From Escherichia coli (GTDB lineage Bacteria > Pseudomonadota > Gammaproteobacteria > Enterobacterales > Enterobacteriaceae): a stretch of DNA of 64,000 bases. Made by a program: the position numbers and the translations under genes. The stretch lies in the NCBI RefSeq assembly GCF_003018255.1, contig NZ_CP027440.1. One strand, 5' to 3'. The notes under the pieces are model-generated. The model was not told the origin of the DNA. It worked only from the letters and a program-made list of their open reading frames with translations, and did not search any database. Below, in pieces: positions 13,704 to 25,067 of this stretch (positions are counted from its first letter, which is position 1; every line of letters begins with the position of its first letter).

Positions 13704-14411
13704 ATGAATACCCAACGAAAATACGGGAGAACCTGGCATTATCCTTTCTCCCCCGGCACCACCAGCGATGACCGCATTAATGCCGATTACTGGCAGGATT
13801 TACAGGCCATCACGCAATTGGTGCACACAGAAAAACTCGACGGTGAAAATAACTGCCTTAACCGCTACGGCGTGTTTGCCCGTTCCCATGCCGCGCCTAC
13901 GCAGTCGGCATGGACCTATAAAATTCGCCAACGCTGGCAACTGCTGAAAAACGATCTCGGCGATCTGGAGTTGTTTGGTGAAAATCTTTATGCCGTGCAT
14001 TCGATTGAATATCGCGCCCTGGAGCAGGATTTTTATCTGTTTGCCGTTCGCTGCCAGGATATGTGGCTGAGCTGGGAAGAGGTGCAGTTTTACGCCGCTC
14101 TGTTTGATTTCCCCTGCGTTCCCGAAATCTCCGGCCCGCAACCGGGGAATGATGAAAAAAGCTGGCAACGTGATTTTCTGGCGCTGACCAATGCGCGCGG
14201 CGCGTTCGATCCCTGGGATACGCAAACCGGGCAACCCTGTACGCTGGAAGGCATTGTCAGCAGGAATCGTGATGCGTTTTCCGTCGCTGACTTTTCGCAT
14301 AACGTCTTCAAGTATGTGCGCAAAAATCATGTCAAAATCACCGTCCACTGGAAACGACACTGGCAACGGGCGCGGATGGCCCATGAGTTCGATTATGGAG
14401 AACAGTCATGA
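13704..14411 (+). CDS. putative ATP-dependent polynucleotide (RNA) ligase-like nucleotidyltransferase
   Basis: 235-aa ORF; motif I KLDGEN (K44, nt 13833-13850), motif III LFGEN (about residue 91), motif IV EGIVSR (182-187), motif [10 protein letters not shown] (203-211), in ligase order and Rnl2-like spacing; call rests on motif reading only. Confidence 0.62.
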   Translation: MNTQRKYGRTWHYPFSPGTTSDDRINADYWQDLQAITQLVHTEKLDGENNCLNRYGVFARSHAAPTQSAWTYKIRQRWQLLKNDLGDLELFGENLYAVHSIEYRALEQDFYLFAVRCQDMWLSWEEVQFYAALFDFPCVPEISGPQPGNDEKSWQRDFLALTNARGAFDPWDTQTGQPCTLEGIVSRNRDAFSVADFSHNVFKYVRKNHVKITVHWKRHWQRARMAHEFDYGEQS

Positions 14412-15520
14412 TTTGGCAGCTTACCGACGACAAACGCTGGTCGGCGCTACGTCAGCGTTTTAGCTGGGTTGAGGAGATGCATCACACGCCACAAGACCCG
14501 GAGCATCATGGTGAAGGTGACGTCGGCGTGCATACCGAAATGGTGCTGAACGCCCTCGTTACTCAGCCAGAATTCCAGCAACTCCCCGCTCAACAGCAGG
14601 AAGTTTTATGGGCGGCGGCGTTATTGCATGATGTTGAAAAGCGCAGCACTACCGTGCAGGAAAACGGACGTATTCAGTCGCCTGGCCATGCTCGTCGGGG
14701 CGAACTGACGGCCCGACAAATTTTATGGCGCGATATCCCAACGCCGTTCGTGCTACGCGAGCAAATTGTTGCGCTGGTGCGTCTGCATGGGTTACCGCTA
14801 TGGTTACTGGAACGTCCGGAACCGGAGCGTTTGCTGCTCACGGCTGCAATGCGCATCGACACGCGTCTGCTCGCTTTGCTTGCTCGTGCCGATCTGCTTG
14901 GTCGCCAAAGCCCGGATCAGCAATCAATGCTGGAACGCATCGATCTGTTCGAGCTGTTTTGCCATGAGCAACAATGCTGGGGAAAAATGCGCCCGTTCGT
15001 TTCTGATTCCGCACGCTGGCACTACCTGACTCATGAGCAAAGTTCTCCTGATTTTGTTCCCTGGGAGGCTGAACCTTTTGAGGTTATTTTGCTGTGTGGC
15101 TTACCGGGTATGGGCAAAGATCGCTATATCAGTGAACAGTGCCAGGGAATGGACGTTATCAGCCTTGATGATATGCGGCGGCGAATCAATGCCAGTCCGG
15201 ACGACAAAACCGCCACCGGGCGTATTGTGCAACAGGCAAAAGAAGAGGCGCGCGTTTTTTTACGCCAGAAAAAGCCGTTCATCTGGAATGCAACGAACAT
15301 TACCCGCCAGCTGCGCAGCCAGCTCATCAGTCTGTTTACGGCTTACGGCGCACGAGTAAAAATCGTTTATCTGGAAGTGCCATGGGCGCAATGGAAGCAG
15401 CAAAATGCCAGACGCGAGTATGCAGTTCCTGAAGCGGTCGTGATGCGGATGGCCTCAAGGCTGGAAGTTCCTCAACCTGATGAAGCACATAGCGTGGAAT
15501 ATCGGATGACTGACAGGTAA
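14408..15520 (+). CDS. putative bifunctional HD-domain phosphoesterase / P-loop polynucleotide kinase (HD-Pnk-like end-healing enzyme)
   Basis: 370-aa ORF whose ATG overlaps upstream stop (ATGA); N-terminal His cluster H33-H34, H42 and HD dyad H74-D75; C-terminal Walker A-like GLPGMGKD (nt 15098-15121); domain assignment by motif only. Confidence 0.6.
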   Translation: MIWQLTDDKRWSALRQRFSWVEEMHHTPQDPEHHGEGDVGVHTEMVLNALVTQPEFQQLPAQQQEVLWAAALLHDVEKRSTTVQENGRIQSPGHARRGELTARQILWRDIPTPFVLREQIVALVRLHGLPLWLLERPEPERLLLTAAMRIDTRLLALLARADLLGRQSPDQQSMLERIDLFELFCHEQQCWGKMRPFVSDSARWHYLTHEQSSPDFVPWEAEPFEVILLCGLPGMGKDRYISEQCQGMDVISLDDMRRRINASPDDKTATGRIVQQAKEEARVFLRQKKPFIWNATNITRQLRSQLISLFTAYGARVKIVYLEVPWAQWKQQNARREYAVPEAVVMRMASRLEVPQPDEAHSVEYRMTDR

Positions 15521-15525
15521 CAAAA

Positions 15526-15552
15526 GCCGGGCGGTGTTTTCACCAGCCCGGC
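15526..15552 (-). terminator. rho-independent terminator at luxS 3' end (possibly bidirectional)
   Basis: Stem GCCGGGC / GCCCGGC around a 13-nt loop; on the minus strand followed by TTTTG; lies between convergent ORF 14408-15520 and luxS. Confidence 0.65.
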
Positions 15553-15570
15553 CTCTTCTGCTTAAACTGA

Positions 15571-16086
15571 CTAAATGTGCAGTTCCTGCAACTTCTCTTT
15601 CGGCAGCGCCAGTTCTTCGTTGCTGTTGATGCGCACGTCACGTTCCAGAATGCTACGCGCAATATCCTGCGCTTCCTGCAACGAGTGCATCTGGTAAGTG
15701 CCACACTGGTAGACGTTCAGTTCCGGGATCTGATTCTGATCCTGCACTTTCAGCACGTCTTCCATTGCCGCTTTCCAGGCATCAGCAACACGCTGCTCAT
15801 CTGGCGTACCAATCAGACTCATATAAAAACCGGTGCGGCAGCCCATTGGCGAGATATCGATAATCTCTACACCATTACCGTTAAGATGGTTACGCATAAA
15901 ACCAGCAAACAGGTGCTCCAGGGTATGGATCCCTCTTTCTGGCATCACTTCTTTGTTCGGCACGCAGAAGCGCAGATCGAACACGGTGATTGCGTCGCCA
16001 TGCGGGGTGTTCATTGTTTTCGCCACCCGAACTGCAGGCGCTTCCATCCGGGTATGATCGACTGTGAAGCTATCTAACAACGGCAT
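15571..16086 (-). CDS. luxS: S-ribosylhomocysteine lyase (autoinducer-2 synthase)
   Basis: 171-aa ORF; recognised as LuxS (HTLEHL metal-binding motif). Confidence 0.95.
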
Positions 16087-16154
16087 TTAGCCACCTCCGG
16101 TAATTTTTTTTTAAAATTTTCTGAACTCTTTCTTCCCAGGCGAGTCTGAGTATA

Positions 16155-16227
16155 TGAAAGACGCGCATTTGTTATCATCATCCCTGAATTCAGAGATGAA
16201 ATTTTGGCCACTCACGAGTGGCCTTTT
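16155..16227 (+). ncRNA. micA: MicA (SraD) small regulatory RNA
   Basis: Matches remembered MicA sequence GAAAGACGCGCAUUUGUUAUCAUCAUCCCUGAAUUCAGAGAUGAAAUUUUGGCCACUCACGAGUGGCCUUUUU; divergent from luxS; 3' hairpin plus U-run. Confidence 0.85.
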
Positions 16228-16236
16228 TCTTTTCTG

Positions 16237-17820
<1,584 letters not shown>

Positions 17821-17865
17821 TTAATTAGCATAACTGTAATGGTGACCATATGTGCAGGCCTACAA

Positions 17866-18294
17866 TTAGTGCCACCACATCATGCCCTGAACGGTAGCTG
17901 CTGCAACTGCAACATAGCGTAACGCTTTACCAAGGCACAAAAAAAAGATTACCGGTCCCCACGAGATGCGCATCCATCCCGCTAACAGACACAGTAAATC
18001 GCCAACCACGGGCATCCAGCTTAATAATAGCGTGACTGCACCATAGCGTTTCAGCCAGCCGGTAGCTTTCTCTTGCCAGCGCGATGTTTTACGCAATGGA
18101 AAGAAACGCCCAAGGATAACGTTAGTTAACCCTCCAAGGCTATTACCCATTGTTGCTGTTAAAACTAAAACCCAGGGATGACTCACTCCGGAAAGCAACA
18201 TTGCCACCAGCACGACTTCGGAGTTGCCGGGTAATAGTGTAGCGCTGAGAAAACTACTGGCAAACAACGAGAAAAGCGATAACGCTTCACTCAC
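17866..18294 (-). CDS. yqaA: DedA/SNARE-associated-family inner membrane protein
   Basis: 142-aa hydrophobic ORF; recognised as YqaA. Confidence 0.85.
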   Translation of the reverse strand: MSEALSLFSLFASSFLSATLLPGNSEVVLVAMLLSGVSHPWVLVLTATMGNSLGGLTNVILGRFFPLRKTSRWQEKATGWLKRYGAVTLLLSWMPVVGDLLCLLAGWMRISWGPVIFFLCLGKALRYVAVAAATVQGMMWWH

Positions 18295-18857
18295 AGCAAG
18301 CGAACATCCACAGCGTCCATGCCTGCTGCACGGGCCGCCTGAATACCGAAATCGGCATCTTCAAAGACCACACACTGTGTCGGTTGCACGCCCATACGCT
18401 GCGCGCACAACAAAAATGTGTCTGGCGCGGGTTTATGGTGTTTGACGTGATCGGCAGCGACGACGGCGTCAAAATAACGGCGTAATCCCAGGTGTGCCAG
18501 CAATGCCTCAGCGATGGCGCTTTCACTCCCCGTTCCTACAGCCATTGGGCGACGACCATGCCAGCTTTTCACCACTTCAACAAGAGGAAGCGGCTCGACA
18601 CTATCCAGCAGCATACTTCTTACTGCTTCTGTTTTTTCACGCGCTAACGCATGCGGGTCGAGATCGGCCTGATTCAGCTCAATAATCGCCTGAGCAATAC
18701 GCCAGGTGGGCGAGCCATTAAGCGCAATCATCGCCTGAACATCGTACTGAAGACCGTAGTACCCTAATACTTCGCGCCACGCTTTACGGTGCGTAGGCTC
18801 GGTATCCAGGATGGTGCCATCCATATCAAAAATTAAACCTGCATAACGCTCGTACAT
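18291..18857 (-). CDS. yqaB: HAD-superfamily sugar phosphatase
   Basis: 188-aa ORF with HAD motif I FDMDGT; recognised as YqaB. Confidence 0.88.
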   Translation of the reverse strand: MYERYAGLIFDMDGTILDTEPTHRKAWREVLGYYGLQYDVQAMIALNGSPTWRIAQAIIELNQADLDPHALAREKTEAVRSMLLDSVEPLPLVEVVKSWHGRRPMAVGTGSESAIAEALLAHLGLRRYFDAVVAADHVKHHKPAPDTFLLCAQRMGVQPTQCVVFEDADFGIQAARAAGMDAVDVRLL

Positions 18858-19004
18858 GGTCTTCTCGCAAGTCGAAAAATATGACGCTACTTTAGCGTAA
18901 TTGCTTGATTTTGTCGCTGATGGAGAAGGAGAAGAAAATTCAGGAAATGGATAAAGTAGTTATTTAGAAATGAGATATTTTTGAAGGAAATTTTTTGGAG
19001 AAGA

Positions 19005-19137
19005 TGGTGCATCCGGGAGGATGACTCACTGGCGTTCGCCCTTCGGGCCGCTGCTGGCGCAACGTTATCCTCCCTGGTGCCTGCGGTTAATACCGCTACC
19101 TCTTCGATACCTTCATTGCTGAAGGTTACGGAGAATA
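19005..19137 (-). repeat. tRNA-Arg 3'-end-derived hairpin repeat (pseudo-tRNA fragment), copy 1
   Basis: Plus strand begins with the 17-nt tRNA-Arg 3' end incl. CCA (TGGTGCATCCGGGAGGA) then diverges into GGGAGGAT...ATCCTCCC inverted repeat; about 90% identical to copy at 19558-19691. Confidence 0.7.
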
Positions 19138-19214
19138 TGGTGCATCCGGGAGGATTCGAACCTCCGACCGCTCGGTTCGTAGCCGAGTACTCTATCCAGC
19201 TGAGCTACGGATGC
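19138..19214 (-). tRNA. argQ: tRNA-Arg (anticodon ACG)
   Basis: 77 nt; reverse complement matches remembered E. coli tRNA-Arg(ACG) incl. CCA; gene name by position is tentative. Confidence 0.9.
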
Positions 19215-19277
19215 ATTGGGAAAATTTATTTTACTGCTGATATTGATATCGCTACTAAAGCCATATCAAGTAAGAGA

Positions 19278-19354
19278 TGGTGCATCCGGGAGGATTCGAA
19301 CCTCCGACCGCTCGGTTCGTAGCCGAGTACTCTATCCAGCTGAGCTACGGATGC
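19278..19354 (-). tRNA. argZ: tRNA-Arg (anticodon ACG)
   Basis: Identical 77-nt copy; name by position tentative. Confidence 0.9.
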
Positions 19355-19416
19355 ATCGGGAAATTTATTTTACTGCTGATATTGATACCGCTACTAAAGC
19401 CATATCAAGTAAGAGA

Positions 19417-19493
19417 TGGTGCATCCGGGAGGATTCGAACCTCCGACCGCTCGGTTCGTAGCCGAGTACTCTATCCAGCTGAGCTACGGATGC
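19417..19493 (-). tRNA. argY: tRNA-Arg (anticodon ACG)
   Basis: Identical 77-nt copy; name by position tentative. Confidence 0.9.
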
Positions 19494-19557
19494 ATCTGGA
19501 AACTTACTTTACTGCAGATTTTTTGATACCGCTACTAAAGCCGTATCAAGTAAGAGA

Positions 19558-19691
19558 TGGTGCATCCGGGAGGATTACTCGCCTTGCGGCTCGCCCTTCG
19601 GGCCGTTGCTAAAGCAACGTTATCCTCCCTGGTGCCTGCGGTTATTACCGCCACCTCTTCCATACCTTCATCGCTGAAGGTACGTAGAATA
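19558..19691 (-). repeat. tRNA-Arg 3'-end-derived hairpin repeat (pseudo-tRNA fragment), copy 2
   Basis: Starts with TGGTGCATCCGGGAGGATT then diverges; same inverted-repeat core (cgcccttcgggcc ... atcctccc) as copy 1. Confidence 0.7.
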
Positions 19692-19768
19692 TGGTGCATC
19701 CGGGAGGATTCGAACCTCCGACCGCTCGGTTCGTAGCCGAGTACTCTATCCAGCTGAGCTACGGATGC
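19692..19768 (-). tRNA. argV: tRNA-Arg (anticodon ACG)
   Basis: Identical 77-nt copy; name by position tentative. Confidence 0.9.
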
Positions 19769-19771
19769 AAA

Positions 19772-19864
19772 TGGCGGTGAGGCGGGGATTCGAACCCCGG
19801 ATGCAGCTTTTGACCGCATACTCCCTTAGCAGGGGAGCGCCTTCAGCCTCTCGGCCACCTCACC
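19772..19864 (-). tRNA. serV: tRNA-Ser (anticodon GCU)
   Basis: 93 nt; reverse complement matches remembered tRNA-Ser(GCU) with long variable arm and CCA. Confidence 0.88.
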
Positions 19865-20145
19865 ACACGCCTCTTACGAGTGCTTCGAAGAACTTGTTTA
19901 TCGCTCATCGTCGCTGCGTGGCGCACATATTACTTTCTGAGACTTATAAGTCAAACAATTTTTCCCACACTTTTATCGTTTGCACACTTCACGCTCAATT
20001 AGTCTGTAAAAACGTCAAAAAGAGTGTTTTATCAACAGAAAAACGGAGGTCTGTCAGATAGCAGTAATGCAAAAAAATGGAGACTTAAGTTGAATGAACG
20101 GGAGTAAAGCGAAAAGACAATGGAGTGAAGAAGAAATTTTGAGGG

Positions 20146-20172
20146 TGCGTCTCACCGATAAAGATGAGACGC
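20146..20172 (-). terminator. hairpin downstream of csrA
   Basis: Inverted repeat GCGTCTCA / TGAGACGC directly 3' of the csrA stop. Confidence 0.5.
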
Positions 20173-20179
20173 GGAAAGA

Positions 20180-20365
20180 TTAGTAACTGGACTGCTGGGA
20201 TTTTTCAGCCTGGATACGCTGGTAGATCTCTTCACGGTGAACAGAAACTTCCTTCGGGGCATTTACGCCAATACGTACCTGGTTGCCCTTTACCCCTAAA
20301 ACTGTCACGGTGACCTCATCCCCAATCATGAGGGTCTCACCAACTCGACGAGTCAGAATCAGCAT
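20180..20365 (-). CDS. csrA: carbon storage regulator (RNA-binding global regulator)
   Basis: 61-aa [64 protein letters not shown]. Confidence 0.97.
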
Positions 20366-20599
20366 TCTTTGCTCCTTGAAAGATTAAAAGAGTCGGGTCT
20401 CTCTGTATCCCGGCATTATCCATCATATAACGCCAAAAAGTAAGCAATGACAAACACATTACATCTAAGCAGTCATGGCATTACATTCTGTTAAACCTAA
20501 GTTTAGCCGATATACACAACTTCAACCTGACTTTATCGTTGTCGATAGCGTTAATGCGAATGCCGTGAAGCGAGTCCACGGCATTGCCTGACGCTTATA

Positions 20600-23230
20600 T
20601 TATTGCAATTTCGCGCTGACCCAGCCTTTCACACTGGCTAACGCTGCAGGTAAGGCCGCAGCATCCGTACCACCGGCTTGCGCCATGTCAGGACGTCCAC
20701 CACCCTTGCCGCCCACCTGCTGAGCGACCATACCAATCAGTTCCCCTGCTTTCACACGATCTGTGACGTCCTTAGATACGCCTGCAATCAGAGAAACCTT
20801 ACCTTCGGCTACCGTTGCCAGCACGATAATTGTCGACCCCAGCTGATTTTTTAAATCGTCAACCATGGTACGCAACATTTTCGGCTCAACACCGCTAAGC
20901 TCGCTAACCAACAGCTTAACACCATTAACATCAATTGCCTTACTGGAAAGATTTGCGCTCTCCTGTGCGGCAGCTTGTTCTTTAAGCTGTTGTAACTCTT
21001 TTTCCAGCTGACGCGTACGTTCCAGTACTGAGCGCACTTTATCAGCCAGATTATTGCTATCGCCTTTCAGCAGATGCGCGACTTCGTTTAAGCGATCGCT
21101 GTCTGCATGAACGGTGGCGATAGCGCCTTCTCCGGTTACCGCTTCGATACGACGAACGCCTGCAGCAGTACCCGATTCAGAGATGATGCGGAACAGACCA
21201 ATATCACCAGTGCGACTGGCGTGAGTACCGCCACACAGCTCGGTGGAGAAATCGCCCATGCTCAGCACACGTACACGTTCATCATACTTCTCGCCGAACA
21301 GCGCCATCGCACCTTTCGCTTTCGCCGCTTCGAGATCCATGATGTTGGTTTCAATCGGCAAGTTACGGCGAATCTGTGCGTTCACCAGGTCTTCGACCGC
21401 ACGAATCTCTTCTGGTTTCATCGCTTCGTTGTGTGAGAAGTCGAAGCGCAGCACTTTGTCGTTAACCAGTGAACCTTTCTGCGATACATGAGTACCCAGA
21501 ACCTGGCGCAGCGCAGCGTGCATCAGGTGCGTTGCGGAGTGATTCAGACGAATACGGGCGCGACGAGCTTCATCAACATCAGCCTGCACCGCGTCGCCCA
21601 CTTTCAGAGAACCCGCAGCAAGTTTACCGATGTGACCAATCGCCTGGCCGTATTTCTGCGTATCTTCCACCGCAAAGGAGAAGTTAGCGCCTTTCAGTTC
21701 GCCTTTATCACCAACCTGACCGCCGGATTCCGCATAGAATGGCGTTTGATCCAGCACGACCACAGCTTCCTGGCCTGCATTGATGGCATCAACCGCTTTA
21801 CCATCAACAAACAGCGCGGTCACTTTGCCGTTCAGTTCCAGATGGTCATAGCCTTTAAATTCAGATGCACTGTTAACACGGATCATTGCGTTGTAATCGG
21901 CACCAAAGCCGCTGGCTTCGCGCGCACGACGACGCTGCTCTTCCATTGCTGCTTCAAATCCAGCTTCGTCAACTTTGATGTTGCGCTCACGACAAACATC
22001 AGCCGTCAGGTCAACCGGGAAGCCATAGGTGTCGTACAGACGGAAAGCCGTTTCACCATCCAGCGTATCACCAGAAAGTTTTGCCAGCTCTTCGTCCAGC
22101 AGCGCCAGACCGCGCTCCAGAGTACGGGCAAACTGCTCTTCTTCAGTCTTCAGCACCTGCTCAACCTGCGCCTGCTGGCGTTTCAGGTCTTCACCCGCAG
22201 AGCCCATTACGTCGATCAGCGGACCAACCAGTTTGTAGAAGAAGGTTTCTTTCGCGCCCAGCATATTGCCGTGACGCACTGCGCGACGAATGATACGACG
22301 CAGTACATAACCACGGTTTTCGTTGGACGGCATTACGCCATCCGCGATCAGGAACGCACAAGAACGAATGTGGTCAGCGATTACGCGCAGCGATTTGTTG
22401 CTCAAATCGGTCGCGCCAGTGACTTTCGCTACCGCCTGGATCAGCGTACGGAACAGGTCGATGTCATAGTTAGAGTTAACGTGTTGCAGCACCGCAGCAA
22501 TACGCTCCAGACCCATACCGGTATCTACAGACGGCTTCGGCAGCGGTTCCATCGTGCCATCTGCCTGGCGGTTGAACTGCATGAAGACGATGTTCCAGAT
22601 CTCAATGTAGCGGTCGCCGTCTTCTTCCGGACTTCCCGGAGGGCCACCCCAAATGTGGTCGCCGTGATCGTAGAAGATTTCGGTGCACGGGCCGCACGGA
22701 CCAGTGTCACCCATCTGCCAGAAGTTGTCAGATGCGTATGGCGCACCTTTGTTATCGCCGATGCGAATAATACGTTCGCGCGGGATCCCGACTTCTTTTT
22801 CCCAGATTTCGTAGGCTTCGTCGTCGCTTTCATAGACGGTAACCCACAGACGCTCTTTCGGCAGGGCAAACCATTTTTCGCTGGTCAGCAGTTCCCATGC
22901 AAACTGAATGGCATCGTGTTTGAAATAGTCGCCGAAGCTGAAGTTGCCCAGCATTTCGAAGAAGGTATGGTGACGCGCGGTGTAACCGACGTTTTCCAGG
23001 TCGTTGTGTTTACCACCCGCACGCACGCAGCGTTGGGAAGTGGTAGCGCGGGAATAATTACGCTTGTCGAGCCCAAGGAACACATCCTTGAACTGGTTCA
23101 TCCCGGCGTTGGTAAACAACAAAGTTGGGTCGTTATGGGGTACCAGGGAGCTGCTGGCAACTACCTGATGTCCCTTACTATGGAAAAAGTCGAGAAACGC
23201 CTGACGGATCTCAGCGGTGCTCTTGCTCAT
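20600..23230 (-). CDS. alaS: alanine--tRNA ligase
   Basis: 876-aa ORF; recognised as AlaS. Confidence 0.96.
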   Translation of the reverse strand: MSKSTAEIRQAFLDFFHSKGHQVVASSSLVPHNDPTLLFTNAGMNQFKDVFLGLDKRNYSRATTSQRCVRAGGKHNDLENVGYTARHHTFFEMLGNFSFGDYFKHDAIQFAWELLTSEKWFALPKERLWVTVYESDDEAYEIWEKEVGIPRERIIRIGDNKGAPYASDNFWQMGDTGPCGPCTEIFYDHGDHIWGGPPGSPEEDGDRYIEIWNIVFMQFNRQADGTMEPLPKPSVDTGMGLERIAAVLQHVNSNYDIDLFRTLIQAVAKVTGATDLSNKSLRVIADHIRSCAFLIADGVMPSNENRGYVLRRIIRRAVRHGNMLGAKETFFYKLVGPLIDVMGSAGEDLKRQQAQVEQVLKTEEEQFARTLERGLALLDEELAKLSGDTLDGETAFRLYDTYGFPVDLTADVCRERNIKVDEAGFEAAMEEQRRRAREASGFGADYNAMIRVNSASEFKGYDHLELNGKVTALFVDGKAVDAINAGQEAVVVLDQTPFYAESGGQVGDKGELKGANFSFAVEDTQKYGQAIGHIGKLAAGSLKVGDAVQADVDEARRARIRLNHSATHLMHAALRQVLGTHVSQKGSLVNDKVLRFDFSHNEAMKPEEIRAVEDLVNAQIRRNLPIETNIMDLEAAKAKGAMALFGEKYDERVRVLSMGDFSTELCGGTHASRTGDIGLFRIISESGTAAGVRRIEAVTGEGAIATVHADSDRLNEVAHLLKGDSNNLADKVRSVLERTRQLEKELQQLKEQAAAQESANLSSKAIDVNGVKLLVSELSGVEPKMLRTMVDDLKNQLGSTIIVLATVAEGKVSLIAGVSKDVTDRVKAGELIGMVAQQVGGKGGGRPDMAQAGGTDAAALPAALASVKGWVSAKLQ

Positions 23231-23357
23231 AATTATCCTGAAATCAAGCTAACGAAATATCGCCACCAGCTACAGCGTGTTTTAACCGCCGGGCTGGTAA
23301 CTGAAAAGTGGGAATAAGATAAGTTTTCTTGACTGGGAAGTAAAATCCCGTATGCGT

Positions 23358-23858
23358 TCAGTCGGCAAAATTTCGCCAAATATCCTGGATATCTTCCATC
23401 AGATAGCCACGATAGAGCAGAAAACGCTGGATCTTAACTTTTTCTGAAAAGACAGTTGGCAAAGGTTCGCCATATTTTCGCGTCGCCTGATCGCGCGCCA
23501 GTGCGCACCAGTCGATGTCACATTCACGCATCGCTTTTTCTGTCGCTTCGCGGGAAATACCTTTCTGATTCAGTTCCTGACGAATACGCGCAGGTCCATA
23601 ACCTTTGCGGCTACGGCTGGCGATAAAGCGCGCAACAAATCGGCTGTCATCGAGATAGCCATGTTCATGGCACCAGGCGATAACGCGCTCGTAATCTTCT
23701 GCCGTGGCATCAATCTCTTCCGGGCCATTTTTGCCCATGATCGGTGCCGCGAGTTTACGTCGCAATTCTTGCTCACTGTGATCGCGCACCGCCAGAATGC
23801 GTACCGCACGATCCAACAGGCGAGCATATGCCGGGCGACGGGACGTTGATTCTGTCAT
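23358..23858 (-). CDS. recX: RecA regulator RecX
   Basis: 166-aa ORF immediately downstream of recA; recognised as RecX. Confidence 0.92.
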   Translation of the reverse strand: MTESTSRRPAYARLLDRAVRILAVRDHSEQELRRKLAAPIMGKNGPEEIDATAEDYERVIAWCHEHGYLDDSRFVARFIASRSRKGYGPARIRQELNQKGISREATEKAMRECDIDWCALARDQATRKYGEPLPTVFSEKVKIQRFLLYRGYLMEDIQDIWRNFAD

Positions 23859-23926
23859 GGCATATCCTTACAACTTAAAAAAGCAAAAGGGCCGCAGATG
23901 CGACCCTTGTGTATCAAACAAGACGA

Positions 23927-25067
<1,141 letters not shown>

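Noticed and set aside
13800-14384. 194-aa minus-strand ORF inside the novel cassette
   Set aside because: The plus-strand frame carries the complete ordered ligase motif set and is translationally coupled to the downstream ORF; the minus-strand frame has no recognisable features.
13447-15570. Cassette as a prophage remnant, IS element or integrative island
   Set aside because: No integrase or transposase ORF, no terminal inverted repeats and no obvious direct-repeat target duplication at the junctions; it is not inserted into a tRNA gene. Treated as a chromosomal indel instead.
18981-19612. Plus-strand ORFs of 81-113 aa overlapping the tRNA array
   Set aside because: They read through tRNA genes and repeats; the repeated amino-acid strings are artefacts of translating the tandem tRNA units.
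19138-19768. Possible CRISPR array (regularly spaced identical 77-bp repeats)
   Set aside because: The repeats are full tRNA-Arg genes with cloverleaf sequence and CCA, the spacers are near-identical to each other rather than unique, and no cas genes are nearby.
21488-23317. 609-aa ORF on the plus strand
   Set aside because: Lies entirely antisense to alaS, which has unmistakable protein identity; a typical shadow ORF in a high-GC coding region.
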